Assembly: GCA_963717065.1 (NCBI GenBank)
Contig: CAVQVC010000001.1
Coordinates: 2,134,978-2,198,977, forward strand
Source of the DNA: an uncultured Chloroflexia bacterium
Lineage (GTDB): Bacteria; Chloroflexota; Dehalococcoidia; SM23-28-2; RBG-16-64-32
Length of the DNA: 64,000 nucleotides
Reading direction: 5' to 3'
Shown: one piece after another, positions 9,227 to 18,772 of the stretch
Position numbering within the stretch: the first letter of the stretch is position 1
How the letters are laid out: every line of letters starts with the position of its first letter
The notes under the pieces: generated by a model
What the model was told of the DNA's origin: nothing
Database searches by the model: none
The model's input: only the letters and a program-made list of their open reading frames with translations
Position numbers and translations under genes: made by a program

Positions 9227-10411
9227 ATGCCACGCATCGCCTACATCGACTGCTTTTCCGGCGTCGCCGGCGACATGCTCCTCGGCGCCATCGTGGACGC
9301 AGGCCTGCCGGTTGACGATCTCCGCAGGGAGCTGCGCCGTCTCCCGCTCGAGGGATACGAGATCTCGGCGAGTCGTGTGATCCGAGGCAGCATCGCAGCG
9401 ACACACGTGAACGTCACCGTCGCTCCGAACCAGCTACCGCGAACCCTGGCGGACGTCACGGCCGTAATCGACGCCTCGTCGCTTCCGGAAGCGGACCGCG
9501 AACGTTCCACCACGGTGTTCCGGCGGCTCGCCGAAGCGGAGGCCGCTGTGCACGGCGAGACTGTTGAGACAGTGCACCTGCACGACGTCGGTGCTGTTGA
9601 CGCCATCGTAGACGTCGTTGGCACCGTTGCCGGACTCCGTCTGCTCGAGGCTGCAAGCCTCTACTGCTCCCCCCTCCCCCTCGGCGACGGCGAGACTCAC
9701 GGCCCGCACGGCACACTTCCGCTGCCCGCACCCGCCACCCTCGAGCTGGTGCGAAGAGCGCATGTGCCGGTCCGGGCTGCGTCCAGCGCATCCGGCGAGC
9801 TCGTCACCCCAACCGGCGCTGCCATCGTCACCACGCTTGCGAAGTTCGAGCGCCCGGAGATGACCGTGGAGAGCGTCGGCTACGGCGCGGGCACCCGAGA
9901 CCCCGAGGGCCGTCCCAACGTCGTGCGACTCTGGCTCGGGGAGAGTGAGGTGCCACTGCCACGCGCTCGATGGTGCTGATCGAGACGAATATCGATGACA
10001 TGACCGGCGAAATGCTGGCGTACGTCCAGGAGAAGCTGCTCGCCGCCGGCGCCGCCGACGCCTGGTTCTCCGCCGATCCAGATGAAGAAGGGCCGGCCCG
10101 CCGTCACTCTGTCCGTCATCTGCACGGAGGCGCTCGAGGAGCCGCTCGCCCGCCTCCTCCTGCGCGAGACCTCCACCCTCGGCGTCCGCGTCCGGCCCGT
10201 CCACCGCTGGGAGGCGGAGCGCGAGGTGCTGGAGTTCGACTCGTCCCTCGGTCCCGCCGCGGTCAAGATCAAGCGCCTGCCCGGAGAACCACCGCGGGCC
10301 GCACCCGAATACGAAGCGTGCAAGCGTATCGCGGAGGCCACCGGCCTACCGCTGTCGGAAGTCTACCGCATCGTGCAGGCCGAAGCGGAAGCGCGGCTCA
10401 GCGCGTCTTGA
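9227..10411 (+). pseudogene. larC: Nickel insertion protein LarC, reading frame interrupted twice (about 9965 and about 10078)
   Basis: MPRIAYIDCFSGVAGDMLLGAIVDAG..RPNVVRLWLGE is in frame 2. MVLIETNIDDMTGEMLAYVQEKLLAAGAADAWFS is in frame 1. MKKGRPAVTLSVICTE..RVRPVHRW..AAVKIK is back in frame 2. An extra g in gcc-g-atc-cag-atg-aag explains the second shift. Confidence 0.8.
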
Positions 10412-11090
10412 TACAGACGGTGCCTGCAATATAGTCATGCAGGCCGCGCTTCTGCGGCGTCCAGGCGATCATCAGGAAGCCGATTCCGAGAAGTAATGCT
10501 GACAGGATCTCAGCGAAATATCTGGTCACTGCGGGCCCCCCGGTGATCGGGTCACCGTTGAGCATCGTGATTTTCACGCCCATCGCCATCTTGCCCGGTG
10601 TGGCGCCCTGCGTGATCCAGAAACCGACCGAGTATGCGAAGCCGATCATGAGGTTGATCCCAAACTGCGGTAGCTGGTCGGTGATGATGAGCGCAATGGG
10701 AATCTGAACGATCGACAGAATGATGCCGTCAATGATCGCAGCGGCGAAACGCATCCAGAAGCCCGCGTACTGTACGTCTCCCGTGGCGCGCGCCCCGCAA
10801 GCGCCGCAGAACTCACTTCCGGGTACAAGCGCCGCGCCACACCTGCTGCAATTGCCCGGCCCCGTCTCCAGCTTCCACCCACAGTTCGCGCAAAAACTCG
10901 ATCCGGCGCTTAGAGGGCTCCGGCAACTCGGGCAATGCACGCTCGATCTGGGAGCACCCGTCGCCTGGGTAACACCGCCTGGGGCGGCCTGGATCTGGGC
11001 GCTCTCCTGCTGGATCTGCGCTGCGCAGTCGTCGCAATACTGCGAGACACCCGTCGTCGGATTACCGCACCGTATGCACCGCGTCGTCAT
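10398..11090 (-). CDS. Zinc-ribbon + RDD family membrane protein
   Basis: 230-aa ORF with several CxxC pairs (CIRCG, CDDC, CPSC..CANCG, CSRCG..CGACG). These are followed by an RDD-type region (FWMRFAAAIIDGIILSIV ... GLHDYIAGT). Confidence 0.75.
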   Translation of the reverse strand: MTTRCIRCGNPTTGVSQYCDDCAAQIQQESAQIQAAPGGVTQATGAPRSSVHCPSCRSPLSAGSSFCANCGWKLETGPGNCSRCGAALVPGSEFCGACGARATGDVQYAGFWMRFAAAIIDGIILSIVQIPIALIITDQLPQFGINLMIGFAYSVGFWITQGATPGKMAMGVKITMLNGDPITGGPAVTRYFAEILSALLLGIGFLMIAWTPQKRGLHDYIAGTVCIKTR

Positions 11091-11418
11091 TCGAGACTCC
11101 CCTTGTAGCCCGGTCCAGACAGTCTGGCGGCTGTTTGCGTCTACCCTATAACGCCCGGCGCCGGTCGCCTGTTAACAAAGTTCCGGCCGCCCGGTGGAGG
11201 GTCAGTTCCCGGGGCGGCCGGCAAGGGGAGGGTTTGCGGACATCCTCAGGGGGCGAGATGCCCGCTACCACGTCGTCCCAATCGTACTGTCGATTGTCGA
11301 CAATAATATTCTCTATCCATCTCGGTAACGCGTCAACACATACGGCGACATATTCTTATCTAGTTTCCGGAATTGCAGAGCGCGCGGATGGCCGCGGGAA
11401 ATCGCCGTCAGATTTCGG

Positions 11419-12216
11419 CTAGAGGACGAACTGCCGCACCGCCCACGCCACCCCGTCTTCGTCGTTCGTCGGCGCGATGTGTAATGCCGCCTTCTTCATC
11501 TCGTCCGGCGAGTTGCCCATCGCCACGCCCAACCCAACCATCCGGATCATCTCCAGGTCGGACTCTGAGTCACCCATCGCCATTGTTTCCTCCGGCGCGA
11601 TGCCCAGCTCCTCGCACACCAGCCGAAGCGCGCTTGCCTTCTCGGCCTCGGGATGCGTCAGAACCACGTAGTGCGGGGTGTTCGGCGGCCGGTTCAGCGA
11701 GAACCGCGCCCGCCCGCCGTACCTGGGGATGAAGTTCGATTCCATCGCCTCCACGGCGTCATTGCCGTATACGAGGACGGTCGTGGGCGCGCCTTCACCC
11801 AGGTGGTCCGACTGCCTGTCCGCGACCTTCAACCCCGCCGGAAGCTTCTCCGGGATCACCCCCGGCCGCATCTTCATGTACGTTGAATCGCCGATAGTCG
11901 TGTACAGCTCCCATCCCGAGTCGTCCGCCAGAGTTACCACCTCGCGCGCCAGTTCATCGTCCACGTACAGGTGCAACAGCTCCTCGCCGTCCGTCGGCCG
12001 TTTCACCATGGCCCCGTTGGAGCAGATCAGCGGAGTCTGGATGTCCAGACGCACGGCGGTGCGCAGGGCCAACCCGTACCAGCGCGTCGTAGCCAGCACC
12101 ACCTGCACGCCCTTTTCGATCGCCTGTGACAGCGCTTCCCCGTTCCCCTCCGACAGCTTCATCGAAGAGTCGAGCAGCGTACCGTCGAGGTCGAGCGCGA
12201 TCAGCTTGTAGGCCAC
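11419..12216 (-). CDS. Cof-type HAD-IIB family hydrolase
   Basis: The GTG start gives VAYKLIALDLDGTLLD (HAD motif I) and MAMGDSESDLEM (motif IV). The longer ORF to 12333 would overlap the upstream gene, whose stop is at 12219. Confidence 0.8.
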   Translation of the reverse strand: MAYKLIALDLDGTLLDSSMKLSEGNGEALSQAIEKGVQVVLATTRWYGLALRTAVRLDIQTPLICSNGAMVKRPTDGEELLHLYVDDELAREVVTLADDSGWELYTTIGDSTYMKMRPGVIPEKLPAGLKVADRQSDHLGEGAPTTVLVYGNDAVEAMESNFIPRYGGRARFSLNRPPNTPHYVVLTHPEAEKASALRLVCEELGIAPEETMAMGDSESDLEMIRMVGLGVAMGNSPDEMKKAALHIAPTNDEDGVAWAVRQFVL

Positions 12217-12218
12217 GG

Positions 12219-13139
12219 TTATGCCGCCACCGTGAACACCCGCGCGGCGTTCTCGTACAGCACCGCCCGCTTCTCTGCGTCCGTCAGCGGTAGCCGCGCG
12301 ATACGCGCGGCGTCCAGCGCCGGGTCGAACCACGGGTAGTCCGAGCCGAACATCATGCGGTCGGTACCCACCTTCCGTATGGCGGCAGCGGCTTCGTCGT
12401 CCTTCAGCGAAGGGTTAGGCTCGGTCCCGTTGATCACGTAGCAGCAGTCGAACATCGCATTCGGGTACTTTGCAGCCAGCTCCGCCGAAGCGTCCCAATC
12501 CCCGAACCCCGAATGTCCGAACACGACTGTCATCCTCGGAAACGACTCCAGAACCTCCGGGAAGTGCGTAAGCGCCGCGAAGTCCACCACGCCGGCGCCC
12601 AGCGCAAACGCGCCCGAGTGATAGATCACCGGCCAACCCAGCTCCTGCGCCCTCGCATACACAGGCCACAGTCGCCGGTCGTTCGGATAGAAGCGCTGCG
12701 CCGCGGGGTGGAGCTTGATGCCCCGAGCTCCCTCCGCATGCCTCGTCTCAATCTCGGCGAGCAACTCCGCCTCGCTCATGCACGGATCGAGCCCGATGAA
12801 CGGTATCAGTTGCGGGTGCTCGCGTCCCACCGAACACGTCCATTCGTTCCGCCGCTGCAATCGCCCGATGAGCCCGCGGACGATAGATGCTTCTTCGTCC
12901 GCCCGCTGCGACTCAGACAACCCGTCCGGCAGCCTCTTCAGCGCCGCGTCCAGCATGTCCGCCATCGGCGTCATGTTCACCATCACCGCGTGCGTGATGC
13001 CGCCGCGCTCCATGATCCCCAGCAGCTCATCCGGCGTGCCACCATAGTCCGTGCTCCCGGTCCCCATCATCGCCTGCCGCCCGATCTCTCGGGTCGCGTA
13101 AGTGTGCAGGTGCGCATCGATCGCGCGGTACTCGCTCAT
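12219..13139 (-). CDS. Amidohydrolase-family (TIM-barrel metal-dependent) hydrolase
   Basis: 306-aa ORF with IDAHLHT (HxH metal motif), IKLHP, GHSG and FGSDYPW motifs typical of amidohydrolase_2-like proteins. Confidence 0.75.
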   Translation of the reverse strand: MSEYRAIDAHLHTYATREIGRQAMMGTGSTDYGGTPDELLGIMERGGITHAVMVNMTPMADMLDAALKRLPDGLSESQRADEEASIVRGLIGRLQRRNEWTCSVGREHPQLIPFIGLDPCMSEAELLAEIETRHAEGARGIKLHPAAQRFYPNDRRLWPVYARAQELGWPVIYHSGAFALGAGVVDFAALTHFPEVLESFPRMTVVFGHSGFGDWDASAELAAKYPNAMFDCCYVINGTEPNPSLKDDEAAAAIRKVGTDRMMFGSDYPWFDPALDAARIARLPLTDAEKRAVLYENAARVFTVAA

Positions 13140-13185
13140 GGGCGCGCCGAGCGTACTACGCCTCTCGAAGGCCCGTCAATCGTGA

Positions 13186-13911
13186 CTACTGATTCCCCTT
13201 ACCCGCCGCAAACCCTATCCGCCGGTCCCGCATGCTCACATACCCGCCGCGCGAGATCACAACGTGGTCCAGCACGTCGATCCCCAGCAGATTCCCCGCT
13301 TCGACGATCTGACTGGTGAGGGCCACGTCGTCCGGGCTCGGAGACGGGTCGCCGGACGGATGGTTGTGCACGATGACAACGCTGGAGGCGTTCTCGCGCA
13401 CCGCCTCCCGGAGCAGCTCGCCGATCCGGACGCTCGCCGAATGGGCGTTGCCCTGGAAGGCGGTGTGCACGCGCTTCACACGGCTGCGGGCGTCGAGCAG
13501 CAGCACGCGCAACTCCTCCTGCGGAAGGTCAATCATGTCCGCGCGGCAGATGCGCTCGATATCGTCCGAGCAACGGATGACGGGCCGCACTTCCGGCGAG
13601 GCGGAGACGATCCGCCGGCCCAGCTCGATCCCCGCCAGCACCTGCGCCGCCTTCGCCTCGCCGATGCCCTTCACCTCGCACAACTCCGTGAACGATGCCC
13701 GCGCCAGACCGCCGACGCCATCAAACCGCGAGAGCAGCCTCTGCCCGAGCGCGACGACGTTTTCGCCGCTGGCGCCGGTGCGCAGCAGTATCGCCAGCAA
13801 CTCAGCGTTGGTCAGCGGCCCAGCACCGACGGCTTGTAGCCGCTCCCGCGGCCTCTCCTCGGCGGGCATATCGCCTATCCGCGGCTGGTAGTCGATTGGT
13901 AGCGCGTCCAT
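13186..13911 (-). CDS. radC: RadC-family (JAB/MPN domain) protein
   Basis: PRERLQAVGAGPLTNAELLAILLRTG..LCEVKGIGEAKAAQVLAGIELGRR plus the JAB motif VIVHNHPSGDPSPSPDD. The start was chosen at MDALPIDY; the ORF track extends to 14013. Confidence 0.85.
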   Translation of the reverse strand: MDALPIDYQPRIGDMPAEERPRERLQAVGAGPLTNAELLAILLRTGASGENVVALGQRLLSRFDGVGGLARASFTELCEVKGIGEAKAAQVLAGIELGRRIVSASPEVRPVIRCSDDIERICRADMIDLPQEELRVLLLDARSRVKRVHTAFQGNAHSASVRIGELLREAVRENASSVVIVHNHPSGDPSPSPDDVALTSQIVEAGNLLGIDVLDHVVISRGGYVSMRDRRIGFAAGKGNQ

Positions 13912-13946
13912 ACTTGAAACAAAGTGTATGACCGGCCCGTCGAAAA

Positions 13947-14573
13947 TTGAAGGCCACAATGTCACAGTCCACGCACCCGACGATTTACCGAATGCGCGGT
14001 AGCTCCGAGCCATGGGGGGACTACTCCAGCATCCTCATACATGGGATGGCGTCTGAATTCCGGCGCGACGATGAGGGGCAAGCGCCGCTGGAACGAACCG
14101 GGCCATTCGTGCCACCCATGACGTTCCCCAACTCATCGGTTATCGTCGTCACCGATGACTTGCGGATCGAGCTTGAGTCGTCGCCCTTTAGTGGGTTCTC
14201 GTTCCGCCCGGTCATCAAGAAGAAAATCGTCCGTCTTCACTGGGAAACCTGGGACCCAAGCGCGCCCGAGCCCGCCAAGGGCCCAAGCCAGTGGGAGCCC
14301 GAGAACTACATCGATGGCAGGAAGCACTCACAGAAGACAGCCGACGAGGTGGGTAAACTCTGGGAACTCGTCCTTGAGAGTCACATGGAGGTCGAGGGGG
14401 TGGAGCGAGTAAACTCCCTGCCAAACATCAAGCTGCTCGTTACAACTTGGGACGGCACCGACTTCTTTTGGGCAGGGAGAGCGTATCAGGCATTCGTCGC
14501 GCCTGCTGCGGAGGCGTGGCTCCGGCCGCGCGTATCACCATGGGTGGTATTCGACCCCGTTATCGAGTCGTAG
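13947..14573 (+). CDS. Hypothetical protein (weak resemblance to DUF1629/Imm11-like immunity proteins)
   Basis: 208-aa ORF with visibly lower GC than its neighbours and a non-repetitive composition. The segments SSVIVVTDDLRIELESSPFSGFSFRPV and GTDFFWAG..FVAPAAEAWL recall DUF1629-type proteins. This assignment comes from memory, not from an alignment. Confidence 0.5.
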   Translation: MKATMSQSTHPTIYRMRGSSEPWGDYSSILIHGMASEFRRDDEGQAPLERTGPFVPPMTFPNSSVIVVTDDLRIELESSPFSGFSFRPVIKKKIVRLHWETWDPSAPEPAKGPSQWEPENYIDGRKHSQKTADEVGKLWELVLESHMEVEGVERVNSLPNIKLLVTTWDGTDFFWAGRAYQAFVAPAAEAWLRPRVSPWVVFDPVIES

Positions 14574-15763
14574 CCACCAACGCCTCGACCCGCACCACGG
14601 CTTCCTCCACCCGTGACCACGCCTGTTCGACGAACGCCGCCTGCGCGTCGGGCCGTTCCGGCAGGGCGTCCGCCTCCGCCCACAGCTCCGCCTCCACCGG
14701 CGCGAACACGCCTCGAATCCCGCCGAGCGCATCCGCATCCCGCTCCACGCGGTCGCGCAACGCGGCGAACCGTTGCCATGTCGCCGGCTCCCCCAACGCT
14801 GCGGGCACGGCCAGCGGCGGGAACACCGGCACGTAGATGCTGACGCACGGGCTTCCCGGCGCCACCCATGCCCGCAACGGAGCCTCCGGGTCCGCCGGCA
14901 GCTGCGGCGATCATCGACGATGTGGTGTTCTGGTAACGGCGGATGTGCATGCAGACCGTGACGCCGATCCCGTCCGGCAAGCGCCTTCGGCGGCAATGGG
15001 CTCGTGTCGCGCGGGTCACCACCGGGCGCTCCCCAGGGACCGCTGCCGTGGTCTCGAAGGTGCGCGGCCAGGTCGGACGATGTCAGCGCGTCTGCACCCG
15101 TCGAGAGGCACGCTTTGCTCGCCGCGAGGCGCCGGTCCGCGTGCCCCGTCGGCGCTTCGGCGGCCCGCCATTCGTCCCAGTCCGCGCCGCCGGCACGTCC
15201 GCCGACGACCGCGTCCACTCCGTCCGTATCGTCAGCCGGTTCGAGATCGCGCCGGTCCGCTCGACTGGCGCCGCAACCCACGTGCGGCCGCTCGTCTCCA
15301 GCACCCACATCGAGCGCGGGTCCGCGATCAAGAACGACGAGAAGTACGGCTCGTTTGCCTGCTGGTCGGCCACGCCGCCCTGTCCGTGCTCCTCCAGCAG
15401 CGACATCATATGAGCGAGCGCCTCGTCCGCTGTTCGCCCGCGCTCCAGCCCCAGCCGCACCAGGTCCATCCCGATCAGCGCCTCCTGTGCTGCGAACGGG
15501 TCGTCCCTCGTCCAGACCTTCTCGTTCCCGATCGCTACCCTGTGTTCGTTGACGCCGTGTTCAAGCCCCCACAACCATTGCGGTCGGGAACCAACCAACG
15601 CGAACGCGCCGGTGTCATCGATCTCCAGGTACTGGGTGCGTAGCCGGCCACCGGCCTCGCGTCTCGGAAACGCCTGGATAAGCTGGACCTCAGACGGAGG
15701 CCGGTCGGAGTTCTTCGCGAAAAGGGTGCCCCGCGGTCCTATCGCGCAGAGCGTGTCGCACAT
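14560..15763 (-). pseudogene. C69/secernin-like Ntn-hydrolase dipeptidase, at least 3 frameshifts
   Basis: N-terminal MCDTLCAIGPRGTLFAKNSDRPPSE (nucleophile Cys2). Continuation was recovered from other frames: GADWDEWRAAE..HLRDHGSGPWG, PDGIGVTVCMHIRRYQNTTSSMIA and RAWVAPGSPCVSIYVPVFPP. Frame changes lie near 15190, 15000 and 14890. Confidence 0.7.
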
Positions 15764-16294
15764 TTACTGCGGGATCACCAGCACTTCGCCGATTGTGACG
15801 AAGTCGTCCAGAGTGCGCCCGTTAGCCGCGGCCAGCGCTGCCGGATCCACCCCCAGGGTGGCAGCGATGCCCAGCCAGGTGTCACCCTCGACAACCGTGT
15901 ACTGCCCCGCCGGCGCGGCTGTCGGCGCCGGCGTCTCGGCCGCGGCAGTGGGCGTCGCCTCCGCGCCTCCTGTGGGGGTCGGGAAATCGGGTGGCTTGGT
16001 GCCCGCGGGGGTCGAATCAGCCGCCGTCGGCTGCGGTTGCACCGCGGAGTTTTCCTCGCCCGGCAGGTCGGGCGGCCGGACCAGCAGCCAGAGCGCCAGC
16101 ACACTCGCGATCAAGAGAGCGAATAGCGATGAGCGGAAGACGATGTTGGATGGGGTGGCGTTAACGGGGCTCAGGCACTCGGCGCACAGCCCCTGCCCGC
16201 CCGCTTCCGGGTCATCGCCGTGCGCCGGGCAGTAACCCTTGCCGCAGCGGCCGCAGTGCCGCGTCGCTGCCTGTTCACAGGCGTAGCATTCCAT
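15764..16294 (-). CDS. Zinc-ribbon / TM / LysM domain protein
   Basis: 176-aa ORF. It has N-terminal CYACEQ..CGRCGKGYC..CAEC, a TM helix (IVFRSSLFALLIASVLALWLLV), a Pro/Thr-rich linker and a C-terminal LysM (YTVVEGDTWLGIAATLGVDPAALAAANG). Confidence 0.8.
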   Translation of the reverse strand: MECYACEQAATRHCGRCGKGYCPAHGDDPEAGGQGLCAECLSPVNATPSNIVFRSSLFALLIASVLALWLLVRPPDLPGEENSAVQPQPTAADSTPAGTKPPDFPTPTGGAEATPTAAAETPAPTAAPAGQYTVVEGDTWLGIAATLGVDPAALAAANGRTLDDFVTIGEVLVIPQ

Positions 16295-16301
16295 AGCAAG
16301 A

Positions 16302-16341
16302 GGGCGGACGCGCCGGTGTTCAGCCCGGTGCGCGCCCGCCC
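16302..16341 (-). terminator. GC-rich hairpin downstream of rplL (candidate intrinsic terminator)
   Basis: gggcggacgcgccgg / ccggtgcgcgcccgccc inverted repeat about 35 nt after the rplL stop. The U-rich tail is only modest (ucuugcua). Confidence 0.45.
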
Positions 16342-16375
16342 ATTGTACCTGCTGTCTGGACGGTCTGGCGAATGG

Positions 16376-16788
16376 CTACTGCAGTTCGACGGTAGCGCCG
16401 GCCTCCTGCAGCTTCTTGACCACTGCCTCGGCGTCGGCCTTCCCGATGCCTTCCTTGACATTCGTCGGCGCCGCCTCGACGAGGTCCTTCGCCTCCTTCA
16501 GGCCCAGCGTCGTGACCTCGCGCACCGCCTTGATGACGTTGATCTTGTTCGCGCCGGCGTCCTTGAGGACGACGTTGAACTCGGACTTCTCCTCCTCGGC
16601 CGCCGCCGGAGCAGCGCCGTCGCCACCGGCCGCCGGAGCGCCGCTGGAGCCGCGGCCATCGCCACCGGCGCGGCCGCCGTGATGCCGAACTCGTCCTGGA
16701 TCTTCGTGTTCAGGTCACGCAGCTCCAGGATCGTCATCTCCTTGATGATGTCCAGGACCTGGTCTACCTTGTTGTCACCCTTGGCCAT
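16376..16788 (-). pseudogene. rplL: 50S ribosomal protein L7/L12, one frameshift (about 16640)
   Basis: [50 protein letters not shown] is in one frame. [87 protein letters not shown] is in another. The span is 413 nt, not a multiple of 3. Confidence 0.9.
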
Positions 16789-16843
16789 TCTTTGATACCT
16801 CCTTGGTTCTATTTCCGACTTCTGTCCACTGATAATTGTCGAG

Positions 16844-17405
16844 CTAAGCCGCGTCTCCAGCTGCCTGGCCCGCGCCTCGACCAGCCCCGGCAGCTCGCTC
16901 AGCAGCGACTGTCACAGAGCCCCGTGAGCTCCTGCAGCGGCGCGTCCAGCAGGCCGATGAAGGTCGCCAGCGGCGACTGCATCTGCCCCATGAACGTGCG
17001 ATGAGCACCGGCCTCGGCGGTATCCTCGTCAGGTCGCGCAGGTCGTTCAGCGTCAGCACGGCGCCGTCCATGTAGCCGCCGCGCACCCCGAAACCGGCGG
17101 TGCGGTCGGCGCGTAGGCGGTGAGCGCCTTGCTCGCCTCGATCACGTCGCCGTAGCTGATCGCCAGCGCCGTCGGGCCCTCGATGATTTGCATGAGGTCG
17201 GACTTACCCGCCTCGTCGGCGGCGAGCTTGAGCAGGGTGTTCTTCACCACCTGCACCTCGATGCCGCCTTGCGCGAAGCGTCCGCCGCAGGTCCTGCATC
17301 TCCTTGACGCGCAGGCCGCGGTACTCGCGTGCCGGCTATCAGCGTCGCCCGTTCGATGCGTTCCTTCAGGTCCGCAACCGTCTCGATCTTCTTCTGTGTG
17401 GGCAT
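16844..17405 (-). pseudogene. rplJ: 50S ribosomal protein L10, multiple frameshifts (at least 5)
   Basis: The pieces MPTQKKIETVADLKERIERATLIAG, YRGLRVKEMQDLRRTLR, VQVVKNTLLKLAADEAGKSDLMQIIEGPTALAISYGDVIEASKALTAYA, GGYMDGAVLTLNDLRDLT and FMGQMQSPLATFIGLLDAPLQELTGL are spread over all three frames. Confidence 0.85.
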
Positions 17406-17596
17406 AGGCCCTCCGTTCCCGAAAAGAAAAACCCTTGCCGCAGAGGCAAGGGATCGAACGAGCCTGACAGTGCTAGGACTGTCGGCTGACTGCTCTCATC
17501 ACCTCGGCGGGAGATTAAGCCCTTCCGGCGAAGGGCACCCGCTGTCTACGGCAGGATCGACTCTATTCGGCCGCTGTCCTGACGTCAGCTTCGCAA
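17406..17596 (-). promoter_or_regulatory. rplJ 5-prime leader (possible L10-leader autoregulatory RNA)
   Basis: 190-nt untranslated gap between the rplA stop and the rplJ start. It contains hairpins (cccttgccgcagaggcaaggg; gcccttccggcgaagggc). The position matches the classical L10(L12)4 operator. The consensus was not checked. Confidence 0.3.
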
Positions 17597-18318
17597 TTAT
17601 ACGGCCGCGCTTCCGCTCAGCGAAAGCGTGGCCGGGATGTCCAGCCTGATGCCGGGGCCCATCGTCGTCGTCAGCGTCAGGCTGCGGATGTACTGGCCCT
17701 TGCCGCCGGACGGCTTCTCTCGCACGATCGCGTCGATGAGCGCCGCGAGGTTGTCGTGCAGGGCGTTCTGCTCGAAGCTGACCTTGCCCAGCGGCACGTG
17801 CACCAGGTTCGTGCGGTCCGTGCGGAACTCCACGCGGCCCTGCTTCGAGTCCTTGATCGCCTTCGGCAGGTCTTCGGCCTCGACGACGGTGTTCGTGCGC
17901 GGGTTGGGCATCAGGCCGCGGGGACCGAGCACGCGGCCCAGGCGGCCGACCTTGCCCATCATCTCCTTCGTCGCCAGGGCCACCTCGAAGTCCAGGCAGC
18001 CGCCTTCGACCTTCTTGACCAGGTCGTCGCCGCCGACGTAGTCCGCGCCGGCCTGGTCTGCCAGCCGCGCGCCCTCGCCTTCGGCGAAGACGAGCACGCG
18101 CTGGCTCTTGCCGAGGCCGTGCGGCAGCACGATCGTGCCGCGCAGCTGCTGGTCCGCGTGGCGCGTGTCGAGGCCGGTGCGGATGTGCAGCTCGACCGTC
18201 TCGTCGAACTTGGCGTAGGCGATCTCCTTCACCAGTGCGATGGCTTCCTGCGGCTCGTACTGCCGCGACGGTCGATCTTCTCGAGCGCCGCCATGTATTT
18301 CTTACCGTGCTGTGCCAT
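17597..18318 (-). pseudogene. rplA: 50S ribosomal protein L1, one frameshift near the 5-prime end (about 18268)
   Basis: MAQHGKKYMAALEKID is followed by [41 protein letters not shown] in another frame. The span is 722 nt. Confidence 0.9.
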
Positions 18319-18320
18319 GA

Positions 18321-18752
18321 CTAGCTCGCCACCTCCACGCCCATGCTGCGGGCGGTCCCTTCGACCATCTTCATCGCCGCGTCGATGTCGTTGGCGTTCA
18401 GGTCCTTCATCTTTGCTCTCGGCGATCTGCCGCACCTGGTCGCGGGTCAGCGTGCCCACCTTCTCGCGCTTCTGCTGCCGGCGCTGCCCTTTTCGATGCC
18501 GAGCGCCTTGCGGATCAGGTCCGAGGCCGGCGGCGTCTTCAGTGACGAACGTGAAGGAGCGGTCCTCGAAGACGGTGATCTCGACCGGGACGATGCTGCC
18601 GGCCTGGCTCGCTCGTCTTCTCGTTGTACTCCTTGCAGAACGCCATGATGTTGGCGCCGTGCTGGCCCAGGGCAGGGCCAACCGGCGGCGCCGGCGTCGC
18701 CTGTCCCGGCCGGGAGCTGGAGCTTGATTATCGCGCGAATTTTCTTAGCCAT
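18321..18752 (-). pseudogene. rplK: 50S ribosomal protein L11, about 5 compensating frameshifts in 432 nt
   Basis: The pieces [104 protein letters not shown] and [29 protein letters not shown] alternate between frames. An extra a in ggg-a-cag-gcg explains the first shift. Confidence 0.9.
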
Positions 18753-18772
18753 GGTTCACCGACTCTTTCGGT

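Noticed and set aside
9955-10085. Programmed ribosomal frameshifting in larC, by analogy with L. plantarum larC1/larC2.
   Set aside because: Two opposite shifts are needed within 110 nt. I saw no obvious slippery heptamer. The second shift is a simple extra base like many others in the window. It is kept only as a low-priority check.
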